Of a DNA stretch of 64,000 nt, positions 37,870 to 50,086 are shown in pieces. The DNA lies in the NCBI GenBank assembly GCA_964234715.1, contig OZ174280.1. One strand, written 5' to 3'. Position 1 is the stretch's first letter. Each line of letters opens with the position of its first letter. A program made the translations under genes and the position numbers. The notes under the pieces were generated by a model. The model saw nothing but the letters and a program-made list of their open reading frames with translations. It was not told the DNA's origin and did not search any database. The DNA is from Podarcis melisellensis (taxonomy: Eukaryota).

Positions 37870-37942
37870 CTTGATCTTCCAAAGTAACGGCCAGAAGTTC
37901 CATCAAGCCCCATAATAAGGGAAGCATGCATGCAAGCATCAT
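37870..37942 (-). CDS. Candidate signal-peptide exon MMLACMLPLLWGLMELLAVTLEDQ(G)
   Basis: ATG, hydrophobic core and a phase-1 donor G|gtgaga that matches the phase of the CCP1 exon. Confidence 0.65.
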
Positions 37943-37949
37943 AGCTCTC

Positions 37950-38110
37950 ACTCAGGTCACAGCAATGAATGAGAAGTTGCTGAACCTAAAAGGGATATAT
38001 AAATAAATGCAGAAGAGGAAGCAGCAGCAGCAGGCAAATAAATGGGGCTTTCACAGAAAAAAACCCAAAGGAAGCTTGACAGAGAACTATATAAAAGGCT
38101 TCCCAGTCTT
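37950..38110 (-). promoter_or_regulatory. Possible core promoter of the multi-CCP gene (TATA-like motifs)
   Basis: Minus-strand TATTTATATA at ~37995-38005, about 55 nt upstream of the candidate ATG. Motif and position only. Confidence 0.3.
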
Positions 38111-39630
38111 TCTCAGCACTTAAAAGCATTGTGTAAGCTCCAGGCAGACATTAGCCCAGAGTCTGCTTTCAGTTTGAACATAGCAAATAGAAAGGGTTAA
38201 GTTGTTGAGATTCTCTTTTGAGAAATTATGCACTGGTTCTGGCCATCCTACCTCCAAACCTATCTTACAGTTACTATAGTGCCACTGCTGAAAACTGTCC
38301 TCAGCTCAGCCTCCATTTCTTCCAAGAAGATACAAAAAACTGTATTACATTAAGGCTGAGCTGCTGCCTTTGGACAGCAAAAAGGTTGGCATAGTCACTG
38401 GCTTTTAGAATTAGCACCCCTATTGTCCTAGGAAATACTGAAATTGGAAGATTAGGATGAGTTATGCTAGGATGAAGTTTTACTATTTGGCACCTTAAAA
38501 TGCATCTCTTACCAACAGTGATGTGATTCCAGGGGCTGGGGTTTTTGCCTACTTTCCAAGCTGATTAGTAAGCACTGCATTTTACTGCTTACCATACATC
38601 TACGGTCTGAATTCAGTTGTTTGCTTTGCACTGCAAATTCTACTCATGGGATTTGCTTGGCAAGTGAGGCACTGAGCTTACTCAAAACAGAAGTACACCA
38701 GCAGTCAGAAACTGTTCTTAAATAATGGTACATGCCATTTACAATTAAATAATTAAAGGGAAATTAATAGTGGATTCAGACACGAGTTTTCCTTTTCTTT
38801 ATCCCATTCCTGTGTCCACATTCCAGTTTGGAAAGCTTTAGTCAGTTGTGGCTTCCCAGCATATGTTCACACACTCGGATATGTGAGCAAGCAGTTCCCT
38901 TCTACAACCTTTTACAGCATTTCCTGCACTGAAGTGTTCTCAGTGTATGAAATACATAATACAGAAAGGGATTTGCAGTACCAATGCATATGCAACTGCA
39001 GAACACACATATAATTGCATCCCCTGCTAATCACCCACTGCAGAAGACAGAACCCAGTATGGTACGCAACACTTCAGTGACTGCAGGGGATAACAGAACT
39101 ATTATTCCTGCTTTTATTGTAGTAGCAGAGCTAACTAGAGGCTCAGAGGCACATGGACTTACTATGCATGAAGGACTGGGTGGCCACAGGCAAGCTCAAA
39201 GTTAAACATTCATGTTTGCGAGGCTGATGGGAGTTGTGGTCCAAAATTATCTGGAAAGCTTTAGCTACTTTGAGTTCTAATTAATCTGGTCTGTGACTGT
39301 TTAATAAAATTTGATTGATTTGAGTTCTAACGGTTTTTACATAAAAAACCCGCCAACTTAAAATAAATTTCTACAGTCAGCTGCCAATTACATTTCAATT
39401 AATGCACATATTAACAAAGCCGCTATACAGATGCCTTTTTCCACAGCAGGGAATATGGAGAAATTAGTTACAAACCATGCAAGTCTCACTATTACAAGGA
39501 AAGGCCATGTTTAGTATTGCTCATTGTAGCTACCATAACCAAATGACCTTTAAACAAAGGTATGTACTTTTATCTCAGCCAGTTAACACGTGTCCATCAC
39601 ATTCAACACTCAAAATTAAAGGAGCAACAC

Positions 39631-41386
39631 CAGGGGCGCCGACTTATAAAAAATATTGGGGGGGCCCATACCGGGGTCCTGCCCCGGGAAGTTTTCTAAA
39701 TTTTAGATGAAAATTAGTGAGTTTTAAAGTTTTTTAAAAGTATTTTAGAGTCATATGATCAACATTAGAACCCCGAAAACTCGACTCTCTATAACTCCAC
39801 ACTCCGGGAAACTCAACAAGCCTGAAACACTTTTTGGCTTTGAAAAAAGAAACAAAACATAAACACGCACGGTATTTTCGTAAAAAGCTAATTTAATTTA
39901 CAGTAACAATTATGCTTATAGACTATTACAGAGCAGTGAATATATAGCTCTGAAAAGACTGAAATGATATTTAAATAAATCCTAAACTATCATTAAAAGA
40001 ATAAAACATAAAATATTGCTGTCGCACGGTAATAGCACTTTGATTAATAAGTGAAATAGCTAATTTAAGCTTACTTTGAATAAGACTGAGGGTTCATTAA
40101 ATAAAAATAATCTCAAAGTTAATGCTTTAATACAGTTAATAAAGTTAATACAGTATGCCTAATACTGTATGTAAATACTGTAATACTGTATGTAAATAAC
40201 AGGCTTTAATTGGGTCTTACACCCTAAAAGTATTTAAGTATTTGAAAATAACTAATACAGTACTATTGTAATATAGAAATACAGTACTAAACTAGTACAA
40301 ATATTTCGAAACTGAAAATTTAACATTCTGTATGTATTTAATTCTCTATTTTATAAAGATTTTTAATATCTGACAGTGAGTTTGGAGTAGCCCAATGCAA
40401 AAATCCTGAGGATCCATGTGGATCCGTGCTTTGTAACCACGTTTTTGCACCACTGTGACCCTAGGCAACAGTGGGTGCGTGATTTTTTTGGTGCAAGATG
40501 TAGCCATGAACATGCTATGTGATCTGATGGTGCAAAAATCCTGAGGATCCATGTGGATCCGTGCTTTGTAACCACGTTTTTGCACCACTGTGACCCTAGG
40601 CAACAGTGGGTGCGTGATTTTTTTGGTGCAAGCTGTAGCCATGGACATGCTATGTTATCTGATGGTGAATTTGGGGTGACCCAGTGCAAAGATCCTGTGG
40701 ATCCATGCTTTGTAACCACGTTTTTGCACCATTGCAGCCCCAGGCAACAGTGGGTGCGTGATTTTTTTGGTACAGACTGTAGCCATGGACATGTAATGTG
40801 ATCTGATGGTGAATTTGGGGTGACCCGATGCAAAAATCCTGAGGATCCATGTGGATCCGTGCTTTGTCACCACGTTTTAAATTGGGAGGGAAGGAAAAAC
40901 ACAGAAGGGACAAGAAGCACAAGAGGGGTGTGCGGAGAAGCAGCTGGCTAAGAATGCAGGCGAGGAGTTTAACGGGGTGGGGGGAGGAAAGGAAGGCAAA
41001 AGTCCCCCCCCCCAAGCCAGCCCTCTCTCTCTCTCTCTCCCACCTGGAGCCTGCACGCAGTGTGACTAGGAAAGAATTAGAAGGAAGGACTCGATCCTTT
41101 CCTTAACCCTCTGCTTGCCAGGAGGGCAGGGGATTCCCTGCTCTTTGTTGAGTTTGAGCAAACGCAGCAACAGAAGCGGGTGGGCAGTAAGACCCTGAGG
41201 CAGAATGCAGGAAAGCCCCTGCGCTCCGGCGAGTCAGCTCCAGGGACCACACATTCGCTCAATAACACGCACAGAGCGAAATTTACGGTAATAATTTTCT
41301 TAAATTATTGGGGGGGGCGGAGCCCCCCCAAACGAATTTTTGAGGGGGCTCGGGCCCCCTCAGGCCCCATGGAGTCGGCGCCTATG
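39631..41386. mobile_element. 1.76-kb non-autonomous hAT element
   Basis: TIR caggggcgccgact / agtcggcgcctatg, 8-bp TSD agcaacac. Confidence 0.88.
40396..40878. repeat. 135-154-bp tandem repeat (~3.3 copies) inside the hAT element
   Basis: Units start tgcaaa..atcctg at 40396, 40531, 40685 and 40829. Confidence 0.92.
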
Positions 41387-41690
41387 AGCAACACTGAACA
41401 GCACGTGGCCCACTTTGAGATGCTAAGAACACATACTTATAGCCAAGGCACCATCTCATGATACTTTGCACAAAGTTAAAATGTGTGCAGAATGCTTGTC
41501 TGGGTGCTGTAAAGGAAGTTACCAGGAAGTTTTTGCCACAAACATCTATTTTCACTGCATTGTGCATCTCTGCATGGTGAGAAACAGATTCGAAACAGCT
41601 ATGTGCTATTAGCCACATCAACACAAGCTGCACTGCATCACCAGTTTCCTCTTATCTCTTGGGAGTAGAAAGCTACCAATGATAGTGCCT

Positions 41691-41696
41691 TTTATT
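41691..41696 (-). terminator. Candidate polyadenylation signal AATAAA of the CD46-like gene
   Basis: tttatt on the + strand ~790 nt past the stop codon, with a second copy at ~41708. Confidence 0.5.
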
Positions 41697-42483
41697 CAAT
41701 ATTTTAGTTTATTTGCACACATTCTAAGAGAAACAATTTTTCTCTCTGTATACATACTACATAGTTAATCAATTTAAACAAAAGAAGTGCACAATTCAAC
41801 AAAAAAATTTAAAACAGCATATAACAAACAAGTTACCTTCATGACTGTAACAAGCTATAGTTCAAACCATCACATTGATCTTAACAGGAGAATCATTTGA
41901 CCTGTTTCCACTGAAATTAAGCTGTTGTAAACGTGACCCTTGATTTTTTGGTTAAGTACACAGAGTTTTTGTTTGCCTATGAAAATATATCAAAAAGAAA
42001 ACGAGTATTTTCAATTAGGCACATGTTACTTTTGTTCACACTTTTTAAGATCATGTAAGGAAATCAAGGCAACTTTTACAATTCTTCATGAGAAAGGCTT
42101 GTGGAAGTCAAATGTTTGGTAAATATTAACAGCTTTACTTGTCCCTCCCCTTCAAGCGATGAACAAGATTCTAGGAAACAAACTGTAATAAGTTCTTCTT
42201 GGTTCTGTATTTGATTGAGGCACTTTAAAACACATCCTGCAAAGGATGTTGTAACCCAGTTCTATGCAAAAACAATAAGTGCAAATGATCAGAGTTTTCT
42301 TGGGGCCCAATACTGCTTCATGCTTCAAGTAGCTGAATAACCTGGATGCCCAGTTTTTAATGAAAATTGCTTTGGCTTTTTCCATGCAGATCTTCATTCA
42401 ATTCTCATTTCCAGTTCTCAAAATAAGAACTGCTGGGAATTAATTATCAACTGGAAGCTTACTGGAGCACAGCTCTACTGCAA

Positions 42484-42571
42484 TCAGGAGGCTTTGGGTT
42501 CCAATCCTATTTCTGTGTGAGTGGCAACTGCACGGTAAGACTCAGCATTGCAAGAAGAAGGGTCAGCTTTT
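42484..42571 (-). CDS. Terminal cytoplasmic exon (Cyt2-like; GKADPSSCNAESYRAVATHTEIGLEPKAS-stop)
   Basis: Acceptor ttttttttacag, phase 2 matches the TM exon, GKAD...Y motif. Confidence 0.8.
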
Positions 42572-43100
42572 CTGTAAAAAAAAGTTACAAATATTTTTGA
42601 TTGATTTTGATATGTTTGAATCATTATATCATTCTGTTTAGTCTTCCTGTCAGGAAGGAAAAAGCAACACACAAATACATCAGCATTCCACTGCATACTA
42701 TTGACATTTTGAAAGCAATGTAAGTAACTTTTACATTGAAGAAGCGGCCATACTGTTACTTCTTAGGAAAGAAAATTAGTTCTGGAAGCTATAGAAGCAG
42801 AAGTAATACACGGATTGTTAACAACTATAGGATATTAGAAGTAAAACAGATAAAGAGAATTAGGATTATATAAACACAACAGATATAAGAGAGAGAGACA
42901 GCCTAAGTACAGTATAGAAAAATGGTCCCTTCTAACATTCCTTGTAGAATCTGCCCTTGAATCAACATTCCACAGGCACCACTGTCCATGTGGGAAACTT
43001 GGACAAGTGTCAGCAATGGAGCTTCAGTAAGCAAGGAGTACTGCCTTTTGTTTACCAACAAGAATGAATTTACTTTTGTCTACTTCTCTGCATAAAGCGA

Positions 43101-43140
43101 TTACAAGATGATGGGAATAACTGTGTGGATGTCATGTGAC
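43101..43140 (-). CDS. Candidate alternative cytoplasmic exon (Cyt1-like; GSHDIHTVIPIIL-stop)
   Basis: Acceptor ttttattttgtag, open to TAA when read in phase 2, possible donor A|gtaaat after 43074. Confidence 0.35.
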
Positions 43141-45670
43141 CTACAAAATAAAATTTCTCACTGAAATGCTACCACTAGGAGTGGTTGGTGATGAGGAACA
43201 GCACTATACCCCTGGCCGCCAGGAGGCCAGGTGCACGCACCATCCTTCTCACTTACCACTTTATTTCCACTAGTAAAAGAGTATTGGTAGTTCTCTCACA
43301 CACCTATAACACTCAAGTATTTAAATGTGACTATAGTTATAATTCACGGCTGGAGTAGTTATTGCTAAATGACGTTTAAGAAGTGTCTGTTCCCAGGCAG
43401 GGTGCATTATTTGCTACACACTGTGGAAGAAGAGTCCTTTGCTGTCATATAACACCACGATTAACTATTTTAAAATACAGGTTACTGCCTACATAAAAAC
43501 ATTCTTGACTTCAGGACAAAACATGCTAGCAGCTGAAAATATTTGAATGGTTGATCAGTTGAGACAGAAAAGAAAGAGAGTGAGTTGGGGAAAAGGGAAC
43601 CCATGAGCCAGAATAGTGTCCCTGACCCATGCAGGTGATTCCAATGTCCTTCCCATTTCTGTGCTTTAATCAATGCCTGCTCAATCACGAGAAAGAAATG
43701 TAAAATGCTTTCCCACAAACTCACCAGATCGCTCTAAAAAGAGAATCTTCAAACACAAAACATGTTATTCAAAGAATAATCTCTAGGTTGTTTGACTAAG
43801 ATTGAGAAGCTTATTCAGCACATACAGTAGGATGACTATATTTAGCACTGGAAAGGCTTGATAATATTGTACTTTACAATACATTTAAAATGAGGCAGAG
43901 ATGCTCAATATTCAATAGAAAACTATAAACATGAACAGCTTCAAGCAGATAAGATGCCATTAATGGGTTTAAACATTCTCAAAGTAAATATAACCCTATA
44001 GTTGTTCAAAAATCAAACTAAGACCCATTGCAAAACAACACTATGCCCCCCCAATTCCTTAACAAGTATTTGTGCAGAACTACACACCTAGGCCTTCTAC
44101 AGGTATGCACATTAAGGTGCAATTAGTTGGCAGTCCCAACAATAGATTATATTTATATTTCCCATAATCATGAGTATGAGGTTATATCAGTGTTGAGGAA
44201 ACCCACACTGGAAGATGTATTTTGAGGAGGTAGGTTGGTTGGTACAATCATTCCTCCATGCCTGCATTGTTTGCTTTATTGCTTTGACTATTCCAAGATT
44301 AGGTGTCTGCAGAATGGGGCAGGAGTCACTGTCTGAAGGTCAAGCGCCTGCCAGAAGTATTATAGCTACAGCAGGACCCCAAGGTTAATTATGCTGGCTT
44401 TGTCCATTTGCTTATTGTATCCCTCACGCCTTCTAAATAACAACTTCCAAAGCAGGTTTGAGGGCTTTGGACATTATGCCAACAAGTACACAGCTACGAA
44501 GAATTTAGAGTGCATAAATCTCCCAGATGCAAACATAAGTTTTGAGATTTGACATAGGCCCAGACCAGCTGGGTCCTGCATGTTGGCCAGAAAGGGTCTC
44601 TCCCTGGGGCTCCCGACAAATGAATGGGGAAATATCTGGTCTTGCTTATGTTATATTACTCTGCTGAAAGTCTTTTTCACTGATTAGTATTTTGTATTTA
44701 GCCTGTCACTTAATAAAATCACTGAACTTCTCTCCACTGGTATTGTTACTGCCTCTGAATCCAAAAGATCTCTTGCCTTTGACAAAAAAATCAGTATTCT
44801 CTAGTATCAAAACTGAATCTCAGAATATCTTAAAGACTTAAAAGACATGTGAACAATCTGTTACAGAAATTATTGCAATGAATATTCAAAACTAATAATT
44901 ATTGTATTAATCTACAGAAATACATTAATTAGTGCTCACAAATTAAGCGAACCTGTCTGCATACACACATGCATCCTATTAAAATAGTTAAACTATGCAT
45001 ACAATGCTACAACAAAAATGGACAGTCCTGGACACAAAAATAGAAAGGTCATGCAAGACAAATGTTCAGAATAAGTTATTGCTGCAAATTGTTGGCTTAG
45101 ATTACAGGACTGGCCTAGATTCTTCCAGAAAAAATCTACTGGCTTCAGGAGGGGTTTTTCAACCAATTCATTTTCTTACTGTGTCTGAAAGTAAAAATCA
45201 CAAACAGCAAGTACCCTTGACAGTTCCAACATCTGTAGATTAGAGCAGAGGGTTTGATGACTTAATTTAATAGTAGATTGCAGGATTTTTAGTGCCAGAA
45301 TATTCATTGTCATTGTCATTGTCAAGTCTGCATTAGGATGGACAGTTTAGGTAAATTGAGACAGAGCATTTCTGTCACTTCAGAACACCAATGGTGGAAA
45401 TGGGATAAAATACTGACTAGCCATTCTAGAAAAATTATTGTGTTTTAGTTGTTAATGTTTATTCTGTGCTGCCATATTAGTGCAACTGTTCACCAAATAA
45501 ATAAATAAATAAATAAATAAAAACTAAAGCCCTTTCTGAACACCAAGCACATTTATACGGAAAGTGTAAGTGAATAGAAGGCAAAGTGAAGCCAAGAAGC
45601 ATATATTAGCTCACACCGCCACAAACGAAGCTACAAAGAATTACATATGGCTTCTCCTGAGCTGACTCAC

Positions 45671-45746
45671 CCCTTTATAAAGCAAGATCTGTATTTCCAA
45701 CCTGCAGCAATAAGACAAATCCCCAATATAACAGCCACCACAGATC
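45671..45746 (-). CDS. Transmembrane exon (GSVVAVILGICLIAAGWKYRSCFIKG)
   Basis: 76 nt, phase 1-2, hydrophobic helix plus basic anchor, gtgagt donor. Confidence 0.85.
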
Positions 45747-46863
45747 CTTGAAGGGAAGAAGAAGAAATCCAGTGATATACTGTAGTAATGATTAACAAGG
45801 CAAAGTAATAGTTTTTTTCTGTTGAAGAAAAAACTGGCCCAGTTCTAAATAAAGGCTGAAATGTAATCACATCAGTAACTTCAAAATAGGTTTGAGACAA
45901 CAACCCCCAACAGGATCCAAATCCTACTGCAGACTTAACAAAAGATAGACAAACTATTAAAATCAATGAGAAAAACCTGTCAGTTTGTTTAGCACATGAA
46001 GAACTAACATAAAAAGCTGTGCTTTCAGTGTTTGACCACTTCCATTTGTTTCCACTATTTGTACTCTGAATCCAATATCAGACTTCGTAGTGAAGCCAGG
46101 AATCAAGGAAATATGTGGCTTATCAAACTATGTAAGATTTAAACAACTTTAATTAGTCCATGAAATAGTATGAACAAGTCACCAGACAAGTTGCTACCTT
46201 GTAATGTTCAATGGACATTGAAGCCACTCATGTGGATGAGTTCAAGTGTTACAGGACACAGCAAGTCTCTAGATGCATACATACCTTGAGCAGCAAGTCC
46301 ACTGTACATCTGCACTCACCCCTTTTTGGGCGGATATGCAGTCTTCCTCAGAGATTGGTTTTACAAACAAGTTCTTCCTATTCCTAGCAGATGTTAGCTG
46401 TGCAAACTGAATGGCCCTAATGGCAATCAGAGAGCAACTCCTCAACCCAAGCAATGCGTCCAGCTCAAAACACCTTTTCTCTTGAAAAATCTTTAAAGCA
46501 CCAACCACACCCAGAAGCTGGAACATTAAAAACCACAACTGGGAGGAAATCTGTGCTGGATTTGGAGTCAGCTATGTTCATTACAGAAGCAAAGGTAGTG
46601 GAGGAAATAAATAAATAAAATAAAAATACACTAGAACCTGGAAGAAAGTATATTTGTCTGCACCCTAAGAATTCTCGCAAAAGAATCAAATTTTTTATTC
46701 AAGTAGGAGTCTTCAACATTTAAACCACAAACTGGAGAAAAAAAGGAAGGAACACACACATTTCCACCAGGCAATAATGTACAATGGGTGCTGAACTCCA
46801 GGCTTTGGAGAATGAACAGCGGCAAATCAATGAGGGATTGTACCTCATTCTGTAATTACTTAC

Positions 46864-46893
46864 CAATAATAATTCCTGGGGAGTGGTTAGGTG
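46864..46893 (-). CDS. Juxtamembrane/TM-start exon (APNHSPGIII)
   Basis: 30 nt, strong polypyrimidine tract plus tag, gtaagt donor. Confidence 0.75.
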
Positions 46894-47299
46894 CTAAAAT
46901 GGAAGAAAAAGAAAGTTAGGTGTTATGTGAGGGTGACAGATTCTAGCTCTCTCTCACCGCATTTGCATCTGTCGCACACTCTGAATAAAATATAGTACAT
47001 TAAAGTATTATTAAAGGTTCAACTAATAACTGAAGATAATCTGCTCCAGTAGACAATGGAAGGCTAAATGTTCTAATTATTAATTAGAAGCATTTATCTA
47101 GCTGATGAATAATTATAATTAATAATTAATCCAATTGATCCAGCTGAAAACCAAGAAATGGGGTTCTCACTTAAAAGTCCTGGGTGGCAGACCAGTGCAG
47201 GGGAGGAGACTACCAGTTTAGGTCACAAGACAGTTATGTAGTTATATACATAAATTTATATACAACATATATATACTATTATATATACTATTTTGGTGG

Positions 47300-48240
47300 T
47301 AATAAAACCTTTAAGTGGTTTACCAAAAAACAACAACATTAAAATTATCAATAAAAGGCAGTTAAAAATAGGTAACATGCCAAATTAATCTTGCCTAAAC
47401 AAAAGTGTTTTAAGCAGATCCCAAAAGGTGTATAGCGACTGATGTCCTTAGGCAGGGAGTTCCAAAGTATAGGTGTTGTCATGTTAACATATTTCTTACA
47501 GGTGTGGAATGAATATTATGTGGCACCTGTAACAGTGCCAGTTCTGCAGATTAAAGAGGTTGAGTAGGCATATAAGGGTTTGGTTAGGGCAGCAAATAGG
47601 ATTTCTGAGCAGAGATGAGAGTCTCACTTCTGTCAGCAACCATGCTGCAGCACTTTGAACTAAATGTAGTTCCCGTATCAAGCAGAAGGGAAGACCCATA
47701 TAGAGTGCATTGCAGTAATCCAATTTCAACTCACCACTGCCTGAATTACTGTGGTCAAGCTCACCAGGGCCACAAATAGTCATAATTGCCATACCGAGTA
47801 CAGCTGATAAAAAGCACTTCTAGCCACTGAAGCTACCTGGCCCTCAGTGACAAAGCTGGATCCAGAAGCACCTGCAGATTACATACCTGCTCCTTCAGGG
47901 GGAATGCTACCCCATCAAGGGCAGGCAACTGATCAGTTTCTCAGACAAAGGAACAACTCACTCACAGTACTGAATCTTGCCAGGTTTCAACATGTTTATT
48001 ATTCTCCACCCATCCCACTACTGCATAAAGGTACTGATTCAGATGTTATAGAGAAACAGAGGTGGGCGTCATGATTATAGTGCTGGCACCTTGCCTGCTC
48101 CAACCCCTAATGACCACTCCCAGCAGCTTCATATAGATACTGAATAGCATTATGGATGACATAGGTTCCTGTGGCAACCTATACCACACGTGCCAGGAAG
48201 CCCAAAAACACACTTCCAATGCTTCTCTCTGGACTCTGTG
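47300..48240 (-). mobile_element. Decayed L2-clade LINE fragments
   Basis: KLDYCNALYMGLP...LHLVQSAAAWLLT remnant. Confidence 0.65.
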
Positions 48241-48470
48241 ACTGCAACCATTAAGCAGTGTTTGGTTAGCTCTGGAGCAAGAATTCCACCACTTGTGCTC
48301 TAGTCTTCATCAACCTTGTTCCACAGCCCAAAGTTCCCCAGACTACCAAGGAGCCACCCTGGTTCCACAATGAGGAAATTTGGGGGTGAGCATGTTCACC
48401 ACCCGTTTCATCTCACCATTCTATTGGGAGACCATGGCTTTGGTGGAACTGTCAGCTTTCTCACCCTCAT

Positions 48471-48820
48471 AAAGGTAAAGGTACCCCTGCCCATACGGGC
48501 CAGTCTTGACAGACTCTGGGGTTGTGCGCCCATCTCACTTAAGAGGCCAGGGGCCAGCGCTGTCCGGAGACACTTCCGGGTCACGTGGCCAGCATGACAT
48601 CGCTGCTCTGGCGAGCCAGAGCTGCACACGGAAACGCCGTTTACCTTCCCGCTGGTAAGCGGTCCCTATTTATCTACTTGCACCCGGAGGTGCTTTCGAA
48701 CTGCTAGGTTGGCAGGCGCTGGGACCGAGCAGCGGGAGCGCACCCCGCCGCAGGGATTCGAACTGCCGACCTTTCGATCAGCAAGTCCTAGGCGCTGAGG
48801 CTTTAACCCACAGCGCCACC
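48471..48820 (-). mobile_element. Sauria SINE
   Basis: Near-identical to the 22841 copy. Confidence 0.88.
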
Positions 48821-49459
48821 TGAGGCAAAAACTAAACTGAAGGTATGCCCTGCCCATTGACCTAATGACCATTTTAGAAAGCCTTATGGCTGGGCATATA
48901 TTGGATGGCATAAATCCCCAGTCAGAGGGCCTTAGCGTAGGTATTTAAGTCCCTGGGCTTGTCCAAAACCACATTTGAGACTGTCTCTGCTTTAACAAGC
49001 ACAGGGCTTGTTGAAACACCTTTGTTATTGTTTGTCAACATTTGTCTAAAAGACAACATTCTCTTATTTCAGGTTTTTTTTTAATATGCTCTTCTTGATA
49101 ATGAGAAGAAGCCCACTGGCACAGCCCATGAATCACTTGTACTAGGACAGCACACAAAACCTAGGAAACACATTGCTTGGGCTTTTGGAGTGCAGCCATC
49201 ATCATGCCTAGCTACAGTGAGTTACAGAACTGAAGAGAACAATTAATGGATTTAATCAAAGTCAAACTTAATTCCAGAACTGCACTGGGAATTCATGGGA
49301 CAACAAGCCAACCATGGTGATATATTCAGTTGAGGATTATATGCAAGTTGAACTTTATGGTATGCAAGCCTCAAGAGAAATACTCAGTTTCAGAAAACAA
49401 ACTATTTTTACCAGCTTAATCCTTTCCACATTATACTAAGGAGAGAAATCTAAAGGTCA

Positions 49460-49645
49460 AGGGCCAAAGTTAAATGGTAGTACACCTGTCCTGCATGCAG
49501 AAGGTTCTAGGTTCGATGCCCAGCATCTCTAGGCAGAGCTCAGAATGTCCTGTGTCTGAAAAACTGGAGAACTACCAGGCAGTGTTGACATTACTGAGCT
49601 AGATGGACCAACTGTCTGTGTAGAAGGCAACTTCCTATGTTCTTA
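49460..49645 (+). mobile_element. Old tRNA-derived SINE
   Basis: tRNA-like head (ggttcgatgccc B box) and a body similar to 36770-36890. Confidence 0.5.
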
Positions 49646-50041
49646 TGGGTACTTGTTTGCCAAACAGTGTCTCCAGATACTAAGCAGCAAATATGAGCTT
49701 TCCCCTCACCTTCAGAACTACAAGGAAGAGACACCAAGGCCACAGAGATTATACAGAGATGTGTCACTGGAGTCTAACACACAGAATCCTTCCTTCCTCA
49801 TTCTGCCACCGCCTAACAAGCTGATTAGTAAGGACTGAGTAAGAAACATTCCTGGAATAATTCACAAGACTAGAAATCCTCCCCTATGTCACCTTGCCTT
49901 CTCAAATGGAATGTTCCCATTCTCAGCTCAGAATTTCTTGTATTAGAAAAGCTGCCACACCCTGCAATAGAAGCGCAATAGCTAATCTAAAAAAAAGCTG
50001 ATTAATTTGCTGTCACTACCACCACCACCTTTCAGTTTTAC

Positions 50042-50086
50042 CTGTGTCATCTTTGGGCGGCTTTGTCTCTGGACTGTGTGTAGATC
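50042..50086 (-). CDS. STP-like exon (GSTHSPETKPPKDDT)
   Basis: 45 nt, phase 1-1. Confidence 0.7.

Larger units (their letters stand above)
1..37942 (-). other. Giant RCA-family (CR1/CR2-like) multi-CCP gene, >=37 sushi modules, 3' end outside the window
   Basis: Chain of phase-1 exons with the C-P-NG-Y-C-GY-C-W-C sushi consensus. All hand-checked junction codons are sense codons. Two split (100 + 86/89 nt) CCP2-type exon pairs are typical of RCA genes. Confidence 0.85.

Noticed and set aside
40346-41015. Overlapping repetitive ORFs
   Set aside because: Products of the tandem repeat inside a non-autonomous hAT element.
45180-45184. Possible 5-nt microexon (cag|ACACA|gtaaga)
   Set aside because: It would shift the frame of the Cyt2-like tail, and a motif match alone is not enough without reads.
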